Below are positions 1 to 13,592 of a DNA stretch of 64,000 nucleotides, one piece after another (the first letter of the stretch is position 1; every line of letters starts with the position of its first letter). The position numbers and the translations under genes are program-made. Source of the DNA: Mobula hypostoma (taxonomy: Eukaryota); the NCBI RefSeq assembly GCF_963921235.1, contig NC_086097.1, forward strand, positions 148,740,001 to 148,804,000, in the 5' to 3' direction. The notes under the pieces are model-generated. The model saw only the letters and a list, made by a program, of their open reading frames with translations. It did not search any database and had not been told where the DNA came from.

Positions 1-818
1 AATACAATGTTGGTAAATGCACGGTTATCCACTTTGGAAGGAAAAATGGAAGAGCAGATTATTATTTAAATGGTAAAAGACTGCAGCAGGCTGCTGTGCA
101 GAAGGACGTATGAGTGCTTGTGCATGAATCACAAAAGGTTGGTTTGCAGGTGCAGCAGGCTATCAAGAAGGCAAATGCAATGTTGGCCTTCATTGCTAGA
201 GGAATTGAACTTAAGAGCAGGGAGGTTATGCTGCAACTCTACAGGGTACTGGTGAGGCCACAGCTGGAGTACTGCGTGCAGTTCTGGTCTCCTTATTTGA
301 GGAAGGATATACTGGCTTTGGAGGTGGTGCAGAGGAGGTTCACCAGGTTGGATCCAGAGATGAGGGGGTTAGACTATGAGGAGTGATTGAGTCACCTCAG
401 ACTGTACTCACTGGAATTCAGAAAGATGAGAGGAGATCTTAAAGGAACATACAAAAATATGAAAGGGATAGATAAGATAGAGGCAATTAAGTTATTTCTA
501 CTGGTAGGTGAGACTAGAACTAGGGGACATAGCCTCAAGATTTCAGGGAGTAAATTTAGGATGGAGATGAGGAGGAACTGCTTTTCCCAAAGAGTGGTGA
601 ATCTGTGAAATTCTCTGCCCAACGTAATATTGGAGGCTACCTACAGTAAATATATTTAAGACCAGGTTGGATAGATTTTTGCATACAAGGGGAAGTAAGG
701 GTTGTGGGGAAAAGGTAGGTAGGTGGAGATAATGGTCAGATCAGCCATGATCTTATTGGCGGAGCAGGCTCAATGGGCCAGATAGCTCAATCCTGCTCCT
801 ATTTCTTATGTTCTTATG
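1..818 (+). mobile_element. CR1-clade LINE, 3' part of ORF2 (RT C-terminus) plus 3' UTR/tail; decayed
   Basis: Translation LYRVLVRPQLEYCVQFWSPY...RRFTR and RTRGHSLK...RRNCFSQRVVNL is typical of the CR1 ORF2 C-terminus; ends in a (tcttatg)-type tail at ~803-818. Confidence 0.9.
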
Positions 819-819
819 G

Positions 820-3295
820 TATGTACCAAGATGTCACCAACTCCAGCACAGAATTACCAACAAGCACAGAGCTGATGAACTTTTGCTCTGATATCTGGTC
901 AAACAATGTGATGCACAATCAAGAAGCAAGCTGGATTTGGGACGGAAAAGAACACACGCTCGCGATTGAAGAAATGCAAGTTCTGTACCTAGAGTTAGGC
1001 TGGATATGCTGAAAAAGATTATAAAAATTCCCACACTGGAAATGTACTGGAAGTGATAATATTCATAATTACTGATATAAAAAATTAACTTGCCTCCATC
1101 CATACCTATTATTGCATATCAACAATTTTCTTAAAAAGTGCCTGAATTTTTGACAGAAGGTAAAACATATCTTTTACCTAAAAGGAAAGTCTCAAAAAGA
1201 TCCATCAAAATAACATTCCATTACAAGTTTACAAACTATATATAAAATTGTAACATCATGCATCATGCAGCTAATCACCTCTCACTTAGATAACTACAAT
1301 ATACTTACAGAAGAGCAGAAAGGATGCCGTAAGGGTATAAGAGGATGAGAAGAACAACTGATAATAGATCCTGTAATTCTAAATCAAGCCCGGCAGAAAA
1401 GCAGAAATCTTTCACATTGCTATATTGTCGACCACACTCATGGTTAAAATAAGTTCTTATTATATATAAACTACACCCAATACTTGTGGAATTCCTACAA
1501 CATCTGATGAAGCATTGGCATACTGCAATCACTTTATCGATTAACAACCAAAAAATAACAACCACCGTTATCAAAATAAACTGGAACATTTTCCAGGGCA
1601 ACTGTGTAAGTCTGCTGTGGTTCTGTCTAGCTTTAAAACCACTCTCTAATTTTAATGAAAATTGGGTATCAAATCAAAAACAACGAAATGAGCTATACCT
1701 TAACACACCTTTTACACATGGATGATTTGAAATTATATGCTCCTTCATCAGTTAAGCTAAAGCAATTAATTCAAATTATAGTATTATTTTTGAAAGTTGT
1801 AAATTTGTACTGGATAAATGCAGAACATTAAACATAAAGAAAGGTGCAATAGAGCTAATAGAATACAAAACAGAGCAACAGGATACAATACAACTGATGG
1901 ATGAATCAGAAACATATAAGTATCTGGGATATCAACAGGGAAAGAAAATAGATCATAGCGTGATAAAAGGAAAATCAGAATTTGCATCAAGGTTTAAGAA
2001 AATTTGCCAAACAGAGCTCAACAGTAAAAATATAACAAATTTATATAAATATGAAAAATATATTTTAAAATATAACAAAACTATATTAATATATCCTTAT
2101 GGCATAATATCTTGGTCTGAAACTGATCTGTAAAATTTACAATGAAAAATAAGGACTGAGATGACAAATTTCAGAAAGCATTATGTACATTTGAATGCGC
2201 TTAGATGAACACTACCTGGAACAGAAGGAGAAAGAAAAATAACAGATATTAAAAATCTGCACAACAATCAGATAAAACGCCTAAGGATATACTTTCATCC
2301 ACGTAAACAGGAATCAACACCCCACACAAGCATATGCAAATCTGATAAGAAGAATACACCGCTAAACTTCAGTGAGACCACAACCCAGAAAAATGAAGAC
2401 ATTATCACTATTGAAGAAAATGTTAACCAATGGTAGAGCATGACCCTCTATGGAAGACACCCCCATGATCTGAGCAGACTGGATGTTGACAATAAGTGTT
2501 GAACCCCTGGCTCAGAGGTGGAGACCTCTTCCTGGAAAGAGAAGGGTTCCTTGTGGCAATACAGGACCAGGTGGTTAACACAAAAAATATCAAAATACAT
2601 AATAAAAAACAACAAATTCAAGACAATAAATGTAGAAAATGCCAAGAAAAGACAGAATGAATTCAACATGTTTCAGGATCCTGTTGTAGTTTAACACAAT
2701 CTGATTACTTATATTGGCACAATCAATGGCAAACATCATTCATCAAAAGCTTGCTTTAAAATAAAAACTCAAAATAAAATCAACCTTACTACACATGCAA
2801 GCCTGATCCAGTTTTAGAATCAGAATACCACAAATTATATTATAACCGATCAGTTATTACAGATAGGGCAATCCATAATAACTGTCTGGGTATAATAATA
2901 CGGGATTATCAGGCAAGAACAACTGATTTAATACGTAGATATAGCCATTCCAAACACACGTAACTCACAGAAATCCATAAGTGTAAAACATCAGAAATAT
3001 GCTGAATTGAAAGAAGAATTTGAAAGACTTTGGAACATAAACAAGGTATACATTGTCCCAATAGTAATAGCTATAGCTGGTATCATCCCAAAGGCGCTAC
3101 ACAATAGCATTAAACTGTTAGAGCTACACAGTAATATCTATGTAAATCTCCAGAAAGCCATAATACTAAGCACCACTAGAACAGTCCGAAAGTTCCTTGC
3201 AAATGAGAAATGAGTGTGTTTGGCTCTTCCTGTACCTCAGGTTTTACCAGCTTGAGCTGAGAAAAATAATGAATAGAATAATAGTAATAATAAAA
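820..3295 (+). mobile_element. R4/Dong (Rex6-like) non-LTR retrotransposon with RT and restriction-like endonuclease; 5'-truncated, frameshifted
   Basis: Motifs read across frames: SDIWSN, TEGKTYLLPK, EEQKGCRKG, IFQG..SLLWFCLAL, YMDDLKLYA, ETYKYLG, GFLVAIQDQV, KCRKC zinc knuckle, DIAIPN, VYIVPIVI, LQKAIILSTTRTVRKFL*. Ends in a TAA-rich tail. Confidence 0.8.
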
Positions 3296-5505
3296 ATATA
3301 TAAGCAATAAATATTGAGATTATGAAATGAAGAGTATGAAAGTGAGTCAATTGGTTGTGAGGCAAGTGAAGTTGAGTGAAGTTATCCCCTTTAGTTCAAG
3401 AGCCTGATGGTTAAGGGGTAATAAATGTTTCTGAACCTGGATGCATGAGTCCTGAGGCTCCTGTACCTTCTTCCTGGTGGCAGCAGTGAGAAGAGAGCAT
3501 GATCTGGGTCGTGGGGGTCACTGATGGTTGATACTACCTTCCTCAGTGTAGATGAGCTCAATGGTTAGGAGAGCTTCACCCGTGACGGACTGAGCTGTAT
3601 CCACTGCTTTTTCTAGTATTTTCTCTTCAAGGACTTTGGTGTTTCCATACCAGCCAGTCAATATACTCTCCACCACACATATATAGAATTTTTTCAAAGT
3701 TTTATATGTCCTGCTGAATCTTCGCAAACTCATAAGGAAGTAAAGGCACTGCTGTGTTTTCTTTGTAATTGCACTTACAGACTGGGCTCAGGACAGGTCC
3801 TCTGACATGATAACACCGAGGAATTTAAAGTTGCTGACTCTCTCCACCTCTGATCCACTAAAGAGGGCTGGCTCACAGACCTCTGGTTTCCTATTCCTGA
3901 AGTCAGTAACAGCTCCAAGGTCTTGCTGACATTGAGTAAGAGATTGTTGTTGTGGCACCACTAAGCCAGATTTTGAAACTCCCGCCTGTATCCTGATTCA
4001 GCACCACCTTTGATTCGGCCTACGACAGTGGTGTCATCAGCAAACTTGAATATGGCATTGGAGTTGTGCTTAGCTACCTAGTTGTAAGTTTAAAGCGAGT
4101 AGAGCAGGGGGCTAAACACGCAGTCTTGTAGTGTACCTGTGTTGTTAGAGATTGTGGAGGAGATGTTGTTGCGGAGGAGAATTTATGGATTATTCTTGAG
4201 GGGACGATAGCATTAAATGCTGAGCTGTAGTCGATAAAGACCATCCTGATGTATGTATCTTTGCTGTCCAGATGTTCCAGGGTTGAGTGAAGAGCCAACG
4301 AGATGGCATCTGCTGTGGACCTGTTGTGCCAAAAGTCAAATTGGAGTGAATCCAAGTTGCTTCTCAGGCAGGAGTTGATACGTTTTACCGCCAACATCTC
4401 TAAGCACTTCATCACAGTGGATACTAATGCTTATGAATGAAAGTCATTGAGGCAGGTCACCATGTTCTTCTTAAGCACCGGTGTAATTGAAGCCTGCTAG
4501 AAGCAGGCGGGGATCTCTGACTGCTGTAGCAAGAGTTAGAGATCTCTGTGAACTCTCCAGCCTATTGACTTGCACAGGTCTTTCGTACTGTACTTCGCCA
4601 GGTACTCCATCTGGGCTGGATGCTTTCCATGGATTCACCCTCATAAAGGATGCTCTCATGTTGGCCTCAGAGACTGAAGTCACAAGACCATCGAGGGCTG
4701 TGGGAGTTCATGATGGTTCGTCCATGTTTTGTTGGTCAAAGTGAACATAGAAGGGATTGAGCTCATCTCTCACTGATGTCTCTTGATTTAACTTTATAAG
4801 AGGTGAGGGCATTCAAGCCCTGGCATAACTCTCGAGTATCCTTCATTGATCAAATTTAGTCCAAAATTGTCACTTTGCCCATGAGTTCGCTTTCCAGAGG
4901 TCGTATCTGGACCTCTTGTAACTTACATGGCTGCTCGACTTGAATGCCTCCTATCTGGCTCTCATAGTTCATCCAGGGTCTCTCGTTGGGACACACTCAT
5001 CTACAACAATTTTTATAAAGTCTGCAACAACCATGGGGTATTCATTCAGATCCACAGATGAATCCTTGAACACAGCGCAGTTCACTGACTCGAAGCAGTC
5101 CTGTAGCTACTCCTCTACCTCCTGTGACCACCTCTTTGTTGTCCTAATCCCTGGAGCCTTGCTCATTAGCCTCTATCTGTATGCAAGTATTAGAAGGACA
5201 GCCAAGTGATCAGATTTCCCGAAGTGAGATCTGGGCATGGAACGACAGGCATTCCTTATCTTAGTATAGCAATGGTCTAGCGTGTTGAGACATTCAGTGC
5301 TACATTATTTGCTGATGGTAATCGGGCAGGAGTTTCTTCAAACAAGCCTGATTGAAATCCTCGACCATGACTTGAAATGCATCGGGATGGACTGTTTCTT
5401 GTTTGGTGACGGCATCATGGATTATCTCAAATGCTTGATTTTAGTCAGCAGCTGGTGGTATGTAAACTGCTGTCAGGATCACAGAAGAGAACGCCCTTGG
5501 TAAGC
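3296..5505 (-). mobile_element. Rex1/Babar-type LINE, decayed
   Basis: Minus-strand translation MKCLE...LDSLQF...NRSTADAISLALHSTLEHLD...[19 protein letters not shown], and C-terminal LRRFS...VESILTGWYGN. Confidence 0.85.
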
Positions 5506-5619
5506 AGAACAGATAGCATTAGATCGGTAAGTGCTCAAGGTCGGAGGAAGACGAGTTTGCAAAACCACCACATCATAGCACCTGATTTCTCAGTCTATAA
5601 TATTATCATCCTGCTTTTT

Positions 5620-6010
5620 GTTTTCTTTTTTTCCCTACCTGTTTTTCTCTCTGTGAGTAGAAATCATGCCTAGTCTTATGTGCTGGGCCTGTCCTTCGCT
5701 ACATTTTACAACACCTCCTCGCCACCCCCTTGCTTTCAACTGGAACTTTTCTTTTGCTTTTCTTCTCACTCTCTAACTGCTCCCATCCTTGTTTACAGCT
5801 TATCCCCATGGCCAACCTGGTTTTACTGTATTAGTAACATCCATCTCCCTACCCAACCTGCAGCTTTAAAAGGTTCTTTTGTCTCCTTTTAAGTTCTGGT
5901 AAGTGGTGACTCTTTCTCTTCCCACAAATGTGGCCTGACCAGCTGATATTTTCCAGAATCTTTCATTTTTATTTTAGATCTCCAATATCTGTAATTTTCT
6001 TTTTGATTTT
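5620..6010 (+). mobile_element. old Penelope-like element 3' end, degenerate
   Basis: Pyrimidine-rich tract followed by 'tgtggcctgaccagctga...tccagaatc...ccaatatctgta', resembling the young PLE terminal module at 11350-11446. Confidence 0.5.
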
Positions 6011-7314
6011 CACTCTGTTCACTTCTCCTTCCAATGAACTAAAAGTCCTGATAACCTTTATACGGAAGCAAGTAAACAGTGACCTTTCCATGTGAGAATC
6101 AAAATATCCATTCTGGAGACAAGAACATTCCTTCAAATGATATTTATGACGCCTTATCCTTAAAGTTAGCTAAGCCTTGGTCACTGAATCAAAGTCCTGC
6201 CCGGGAGTCCTACATTTGGATATTCTTTGTAACACCATTTTCTATAAAGTCACCCCAGAAGGTCTAGGTTTCAGAGCATCATTTAATTGTTATGACTTAG
6301 TAGGGGAATGTTTAACCCATCAAATCCTTGTCAGGTTTTCTGCTTTCAAGCGATAAATTGTTCTTCATTTCTATTACAGCAGAATGCACAAACCCAGGGC
6401 TTGCAAGCCCAACTGTGAATCTTGGAATTTCATATCACATAAATCTGTGGCTTCAACCACCATCACAGCAACTTTGCTTCAATATGCACTTAATGGGCTG
6501 GGAAATCAGTTATTTTATCTTTGTTTGTTTGCTTGTGAACCACATTTGCAAGCTGCCAGCTGTGTGATTTACACAAGACTCTATCAGCAGAACCCAGTCA
6601 ACGTCCAGAGATTTTTAATTAATGCAAATCCAGAGTGCACCATGCAAGAGGGCAAATTATTCCGCTGAGGTGCACTCCTTGTCATTGCCAATTACCTGGT
6701 AATTACCTCACAGACTAACATTTTTATTAATCAGCTTAATAAAAGCTCGTAGAGAAACATGCTGACGAGAGTTAAATTTGAAAGCAGGCAGTAAAACAGG
6801 ATTTGTTTGCAGCATGAAATGAAAGTGGCTATTGATAAAAATTAATTAAATTGTAATGAAAGTGTTTGTGCATTTGTATGTGTGTGTTGGGGGAAGGGCA
6901 AGGAAGGAGGAGTTTTACAATCTGTATTTGAATTTGAAATCGTCCCTTTTACATTATGGAGCTATTTCAAATATAAGCAGTTGTGTGCTGCACTGGAATC
7001 TGCCATGTTCATTTTTTCCACCCTGATTCCACAAAGATAAAGCAGAGTAATAAAGTAACTGTACAAGAATATTTGGTTGTAATTCCCTGCTTTGTCCACT
7101 AGTGTAGTCTGAGTCAAACAATTTCAGCTGAAAAAGGGGCACGATCTTGAAGGTGTAGTTCAGTCAGCATCACTGTCATTACACTAAAGAAATGACAAGG
7201 ACTCACAGGAGCTGACTATATTGAAGAACGGGATCAAGGCAATGTAAATAAAAACATCACACTACCATCACTGGAGCTCGCATGTTTCTATGCTGCTGGG
7301 ACATATGTATACAC

Positions 7315-8172
7315 TGTTACGTATCCCGTAACTGGGTTGCCAAACCAGCAGAAATGGATCACTCAGTTGGAGTCTGGAGTACTAGAACTAAGAAAGTTTT
7401 ATTAAAGAAACAAGCAACACAGTAATCGAAAGGATAATAAATGCAACAATTCAACAATGATAACCACACATGTGCACAGAATTAAGATAACAGCATCAAT
7501 CAAGCTCTATCGTTGTCTAGGGGTAAATGACCAATTTCAAAATGACTCAAAGTTCAGTCCAGTTTGTAGTTCAGTTCGCAGTAATCGTTGCCATGGCGAT
7601 GGACAAGGTGGGGGAAGAGAGACAGAATAGGAACAACTGATCATTCAGAACACTGCTTCACTCACAGACCAGCGGGATGGCTCACAAACAGCATTTGGGC
7701 GGGTCCTTGGTGATGTCACCTGAGGTCACCGACTGTGACCCCTCCTCCAGATGCGGTCAATCCTCTGCAGTGAACCCGGCACCCAGGCAAGGGCGGACAC
7801 ACACCGGGTTCCCGCTGATCGTACCTTTCCACCCTTGTCGTTGTCTGGTACTTCTCACCCACTCGTGAGAAGCGCACCGCTTCCAGGGTCTCGTTACCTC
7901 GGGTGGCGTGTGTGTGTCTCTTAGCGAACCTGTCCCTTTTTATCCCCCTGCTGGGGTATCGCCTGTCCATCACTTCAAACAGTTCAGGGTTCAAAGGGGG
8001 AGCCGCTCCAGACAGCTCTTCCTCCCACATCCCTTCATTACACATCTCCAGACGCTGCTCCATTGTTCCTTATCTCTCCTTCCCCTGAGGGCAGGTGGCA
8101 GACCAACTGCTGATGCCACTGATGCTAGCCCAGGCCAGCAAACATCTTAATTTTATGTGTATTCTCGTAACA
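7315..8172 (-). mobile_element. solo LTR (858 bp) of an LTR retrotransposon or ERV
   Basis: TGTTACG...CGTAACA terminal inverted ends; 4-bp TSD ACAC (7311-7314, 8173-8176); AATAAA (7398-7403) and GATAAAAA TATA-like box (7937-7944) on the minus strand; CpG-richer than flanks. Confidence 0.85.
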
Positions 8173-8394
8173 ACACCGACATCTTCCGTACATAGAAAAA
8201 CAGGAGATTTCATGAGAGCTCTGTTTGATTTATTTTATGATCCCCGTGAAGAATCAGGATAAGCAAATAAGACATTGCTTTTAGTAATAATGAATACCAT
8301 CTGGTGATATGTCAGTCTAAACCACAAATTAAAGAGTAATAGCTAACTTCTCTGAGTAGCAAATATTTAAGATAGTGCTCTGGTCTTTGGAACA

Positions 8395-8720
8395 AAAGAA
8401 GATGAGAGGATAATTGAGGGAAGCGTATCAGATTATGAGAGGCATAACACCATTTTCTCAGGGCAGCAAGGGCCAATACCAGAGGACATCCATTCAACGT
8501 GAGTGGAGGGAAGTTTAGGGGAGATTTTTATAGAGAGTGGTAGGTGCCTGGTACGTGGGATGGTGGGAAACAAAATACAACAGGGATACTTACAAATAAA
8601 CACATGAAGAAGGAGGAAAATGCAGGTTCATGGCCTGTGTTGTGGAATAGGTTTATATTGATCAACACAACATCATGGGCTGAAGGGCCTGTAGTGTACT
8701 GCACTATTCTATTTTCTATG
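8395..8720 (+). mobile_element. CR1 LINE 3' fragment, old
   Basis: 'accagaggacat...gagtggtaggtgcctgg...tgggctgaagggcctgt' resembles CR1 3' ends elsewhere in the window. Confidence 0.65.
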
Positions 8721-9079
8721 TATTACAAAATAACATTAATTGTAATGGATTTTGTTCCCAGTAAATTCTATTTGGAGATGAAAACTTAAGTTATTTTTAC
8801 TTAATTTGGCATGTAAAGACTTATCTGATTATCAACAAGTCATCTAACTTAAATTTAACAAATGTTCTGATCTCAAATAGAATTGGACCTTAGTGAAAGA
8901 TCAGAGTAAACATAACTGTCAAGACAGCATAATCAAACTGTCCACTAAACAATGGTAATATGCTCATGAACAAGGCAGAGGATGATGACCAATATACCTG
9001 TAAGAAAACAGTACCTACAAGATAAACGATGAAACAAGCAACAATTTAAAACTAATCATATAAAGCATAAAGATGCATC

Positions 9080-9530
9080 AGGGCTTACTATGGCAGCTGG
9101 TCTTCTGCAACCACAAGAAACCACAGAGAGTGGTGGACACAGCTCGGAACATCACAGACTCCCCTCCACAGACTCTCTATGCACTTCTCATTACTTTGGT
9201 AAAGCAGCCAGCATAATGAAAGACTCCCTGCACCTAAGAATTTCTTTCTTCTCCGCCCTCCCATCAGGCAGAAGATGCAAAAGCCTGAGAGCAGGTACCA
9301 CCTGGCTTAAGGACAGTTTCTATCCTGCTGATATTGGTTCTCTACTCTGATAAAATTAACGTTTGACCTTACAATCTATCTAGGAATGACCTTGCACCTT
9401 ATTGTGAACTTTCTCTATAAATGTTACACCTTTTTCTGCACTCTGTTGTTCTTTTTGCTCACTATCTCAATGAGCTGAATTGATTTGCAAAGCAAGTGTC
9501 TCAGTACATGTGGCAATCGAAAACCAATCT
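9080..9530 (+). mobile_element. Rex1-like LINE 3' fragment, old
   Basis: Translation KAASIMKD...FSALPSGRRCKSLRAGTTWLKDSFYP is the Rex1/Babar C-terminal signature. Confidence 0.7.
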
Positions 9531-10624
9531 ACTAATTTTATAAGAATGGCTGTAGATGCTTATTTTGTAGATTAATAGTTCATTCCTGCTTTGTACTAAA
9601 ACCCAAGAAATTTTGCTGTTTTAATTCAAGTCCTCAATAACTTTGCTTTTATAAGTTATCTTTCATTTTTACTGAATATTTTATACTACTTGATCCGTGG
9701 ACTGGATGGCATAATGGTGGCCATTCTATATTTTAGAGATTGGGGATGGGATTCAGTCGTAGTTGAAGGTGTCGAATTCATTCTGTTCTTTCTATTGTAA
9801 GATTTCTGAAGAAAATAATTCTAGACATTATTCATGCATTTCTAGTACAAACTGTCTAATACTAGATTTCCGCTCCCTTTCATTCACTGACATAGATTTT
9901 TTACAGAGTTATCCATTAACTGTGGAGTGGAAAGATTTTGCCTTATCTAGCATGGGTTATCTCTTTGTTAAAGTAATTTCACTTCTGTATCTCAGGAAGA
10001 GTCCTGACAATATCCTCTATTCAAATGCAGTGGATCTAGTTAATGGAGGCACATTCGGGCCAGTATATTTTGGCCCAATTGAGCGGCTGCCCTATTAGTC
10101 AACATTTCATGGAAGTAGTTTAAAAGGTATAAAAATGACAAACTACCTTTTAATTGAGTAACAAATTATGTATCTAACTGAAATACAGAACAAATTAGAA
10201 AATTACCAAAACTATTACATTACTATAAATCTGTGTATTAGTTCCTAATAGTTATCAATGGAGGAATGCCGTGTTCTTTTACTTGACTGTAAATGAATAA
10301 AATCAGCGTTGACACCTAGTGCAGATAATGGACTGCCTCCAGACAATGCTTTTGACCATTACATCTTCCAAATCTCATTTTCACTGTAACATTCAAGATG
10401 ATTGTTAATACCTTCAAGTTCTTCATAGCTCCTATTTTGTTGAAATAGTGAAATTGTTTTATTTTCACTCCTGGCCATTTCTGGCATTTCCAAGTCTGAA
10501 TGCTTAAAACCGCAGTGAGCAAAACAGTTCTGAATTTTCTTAGTGCTTATAATTTGTCAGCTACCGGTGTCAAAAATCACGACAAACACAAACACAAATG
10601 ACACTATTTTGCAAATGACACTTT

Positions 10625-11446
10625 AACAAGTGCTACACATGCCCTTACACTTCCTCCCTTACCACCATTCAGGGCCCCAGACAGTTCTTCCAGGTGAGGC
10701 GAAACTTCACCTGTGAGTCGGCTGGGGTGATATACTGCGTCCGGTGCTCCCAATGTGGCCTTCTATATATTGGCGAGACCCGATGCAGACTGGGAGACCG
10801 CTTTGCTGAACACCTACGCTCTGTCCGCCAGAGAAAGCAGGATCTCCCAGTGGCCACACATTTTAATTCCACATCCCATTCCCATTCTGACATGTCTATC
10901 CACGGCCTCCTCTACTGTAAAGATGAGGCGACACTCAGGCTGGAGGAACAACACCTTATATTCTGTCTGGGTAGCCTCCAACCTGATGGCATGAACATCG
11001 ACTTACGCTAATGCCCCACCACCCCCTTGTACCCCATCCGTTATTTATTTTTATACACACATTCTTTCTCTCACTCTCATTTTTCTCCCTCTGTCCCTCT
11101 GACTATACCCCTTGCCCATCCTCTGGGTTCCCCCCCCCCAGCTTTTCTTTCTCCCTGGGCCTCCTGTCCCCCATGATCCTCTCATATCCCTTTTGCCAAT
11201 CACCTGTCCAGCTCTTGGCTCCATCCCTCCCCCTCCTGTCTTCTCCTATCATTTTGGATATCCCCCCCCCCCCCCCACCAACTTTCAAATCTCTTACTAA
11301 CTCGTCCATCAGTTAGTCCTGACGAAGGGTCTCGGCCTGAAACGTCGACTGTACCTCTTCCTAGAGATGCTGCCTGGCCTGCTGCATTCACCAGCAACTT
11401 TGATGTGTGTTGCTTGAATTTCCAGCATCTGCAGAATTCCTGTTGT
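10625..11446 (+). mobile_element. Penelope-like element (PLE), 5'-truncated: GIY-YIG endonuclease domain plus terminal module
   Basis: Translation FTCESAGVIYCVRCSQCGLLYIGETRCRLGDRFAEHL...PVATHFN...EEQHLIF..LQPDGMN is a PLE GIY-YIG domain; followed by a pyrimidine tract and the hammerhead-bearing end. Confidence 0.92.
11314..11351 (+). ncRNA. minimal type-I hammerhead ribozyme motif in PLE terminal repeat
   Basis: agtc-CTGACGA-a-gggt(ctcg)gcct-GAAA-cgTC-gact: stem I agtc/gact, intact catalytic core, 4-bp stem II, palindromic ACGT in place of stem III. Predicted cleavage after 11346. Confidence 0.8.
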
Positions 11447-11869
11447 AAATGAGAATTCTATCTATTTTCTCAATTTGCATTTGTTCTTTAAAAGTTGTCC
11501 CATTTAAGCTGCTGCCCTGATTAATCAGAATGCACTGCATTTACAATTTTTCCCTTAAAATTTCAATTTTCTTTATCTCAACCTTTCTGAGTCATGGAAG
11601 TTCATGTTCCTGCTAGCACTTGTTCAAAGACCATTAATAATCTTTCTTTCCTCTCTCAGTTAAGAACAATATTAAACTGGGATCACTTCCACACAAAGTT
11701 CTACATCAAAGAAAACTTTGTTTAACACCTTTCATTATTTCAGTGAATAAATACATCATGTCTAAACTATAAACTATAAAACCCAATCCCTATTACTAAC
11801 CTTTGAATCTATATTCTAATTTCTCTGGAGATTTCATGCCCTCCCTTAATGGAAGAGCCAAAATTACTG

Positions 11870-13592
11870 TACTGTACTGTAAATGACGTAACAACGTCAG
11901 AGCCAATGTTTTTGCATAAAATTAAAATTTTATAACTTTTTATGGATTTTTGGCGGCTGGTCATGAAAATCACCATGAAATTTCCCTACCATGCACCATT
12001 TTTTGAAATCGCCTATATTTATTATTTCAATTCATAATTCAAGTCAATTAAAATGTTTCCCACAGTGTAAGCTGAAAAGTTTCCTATCTTGCCCAAGCAT
12101 GCTTAGGCAGGGCAGATGCTGCATGGCAGGGCAGATTTTAGAAAAGCTATAAAAGCATCACACACATACCATGCTTTGTGTTGCGTTTATTATATATCGG
12201 TTTGCAATCATGTTGATGAGAATGCTCTACGCCTATAGCATATTGTGTGTACTCATTATAATAAAGTACTTGTATTTTCAGGAGTATTTGTGATAACAAA
12301 ATGTTTCACCAATTTTGCAAGAGACGCAATACTTTCTGTTAGATTCGTGGTGAGTATACGCTTATATCTCAAAGATGGAGCATGACTCTTCATTAAGAAA
12401 ACCTGTAAGCTCTACCTTGGGTGTAAAATTGGTGACTAAGACAAAGCCAGGGCTCTTCCCACTTGTTTCATAACATGCATTGTCAATCTTAGAGCTTGGC
12501 TCAGAAGTACTTGGAAGTGAATGTCGTTTACTGTCCTGGTGAGAGTAGAAGGATAATGTGACAGACAGCTACTTCTGTCTGACCAGTGCGTCTGGTTTCT
12601 CTGCTAAAAATAAGAAATTCATTCAGTCATGACACCTGAGCCACATGACGATCGTCTTCCAGTACAGAAGTCACCAGAGACATGGAGTCTACAGGAGGCA
12701 GACGAAAATGCACGAGCCAAGAATGGAAGATGACACAGATACTGATACAGATTTTGAACTCTTTATGTCAAGTGACCATCATCTGGTAACACAATCTGTG
12801 TTAAATGACCTGGTCAGAGACTTGGTTTTGTCAAAAGCAAAAGCAGAATTACTGGACACTTAAGCAAGACTGCAAGGACAGAATCTGCTGTCACCAGGCA
12901 CAAAAATTTCCATGAGGGATTTCAATATTTGAGACAGATGTTTCCCAGAGTAACTGAAGCCAAGATTAAGAAAGGCATTTTTGTTGGTCCACAAATCAAA
13001 TAGATCATTAATGTCAGGCTATTCGAAGAACTTCTAGTGGGACTGGAGAAAACCGCATGGAAGACATTTAAGGATGTGGTTGAAAATTTTCTTGGCAATT
13101 ACAGAGCGCCAAACCACACGCAGCTGGTTGACAATATGCTTCAAGCACACAAAACCATGAAGTATAACACGTCACTAAAGATTCATTTTCTGCGTTCCCA
13201 TTTAGACTTCTTCCCTGCAAATCTTGGCGCTGTCAATGACAAGCAAGGTGAAAGAGTTCACCAGAACATTGTGCTTGTGGAGAAATGGTATGAGGGCAAC
13301 TGAAATCCATCAATAATGGCTGATTATTGTTAGCTGCTTAAGCGAGAAGCCTCAGCCACCGAGTACAAATTAAAATCTCAATTTTCAGCTCAGTTGAACG
13401 ATTACAAAGTGTCAGCACCATTATGAAATTAAACACATTATATTCAATAAACATTAGTTTTTGTGTCTCCAAATTCCTACGTGACACAAGTAGTCTGAAA
13501 TTATATTTGTATTCAGCTTCAAGTGGTCTATCATAAACAAAAAAAAAATCTGAAGAAGCAACACCTTTGAAAAGTTTTTCTGTCCAATGTTA
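11870..13592 (+). mobile_element. Chapaev3-like (CMC superfamily) DNA transposon, decayed transposase with internal deletions
   Basis: Motifs FC*IRGEYTL, LGCKIGD*DK, YFCLT, LNDLVRDLVLSKAKAELL, GIFVGPQIK, AWKTFKDVVENFLGN, SLKIHFLRSHLDFFPANLGAVNDKQGERVHQ, MADYC* at ~12301-13375. Termini approximate. Confidence 0.7.

Larger units (their letters stand above)
10028..11537. mobile_element. non-autonomous Tigger/pogo-like DNA transposon, interrupted by a Penelope-like element
   Basis: Imperfect TIRs cagtggatctagttaat... / ...attaatcagaatgcactg; homologous in opposite orientation to 40782-42627. Family assignment from TIR style only. Confidence 0.6.
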
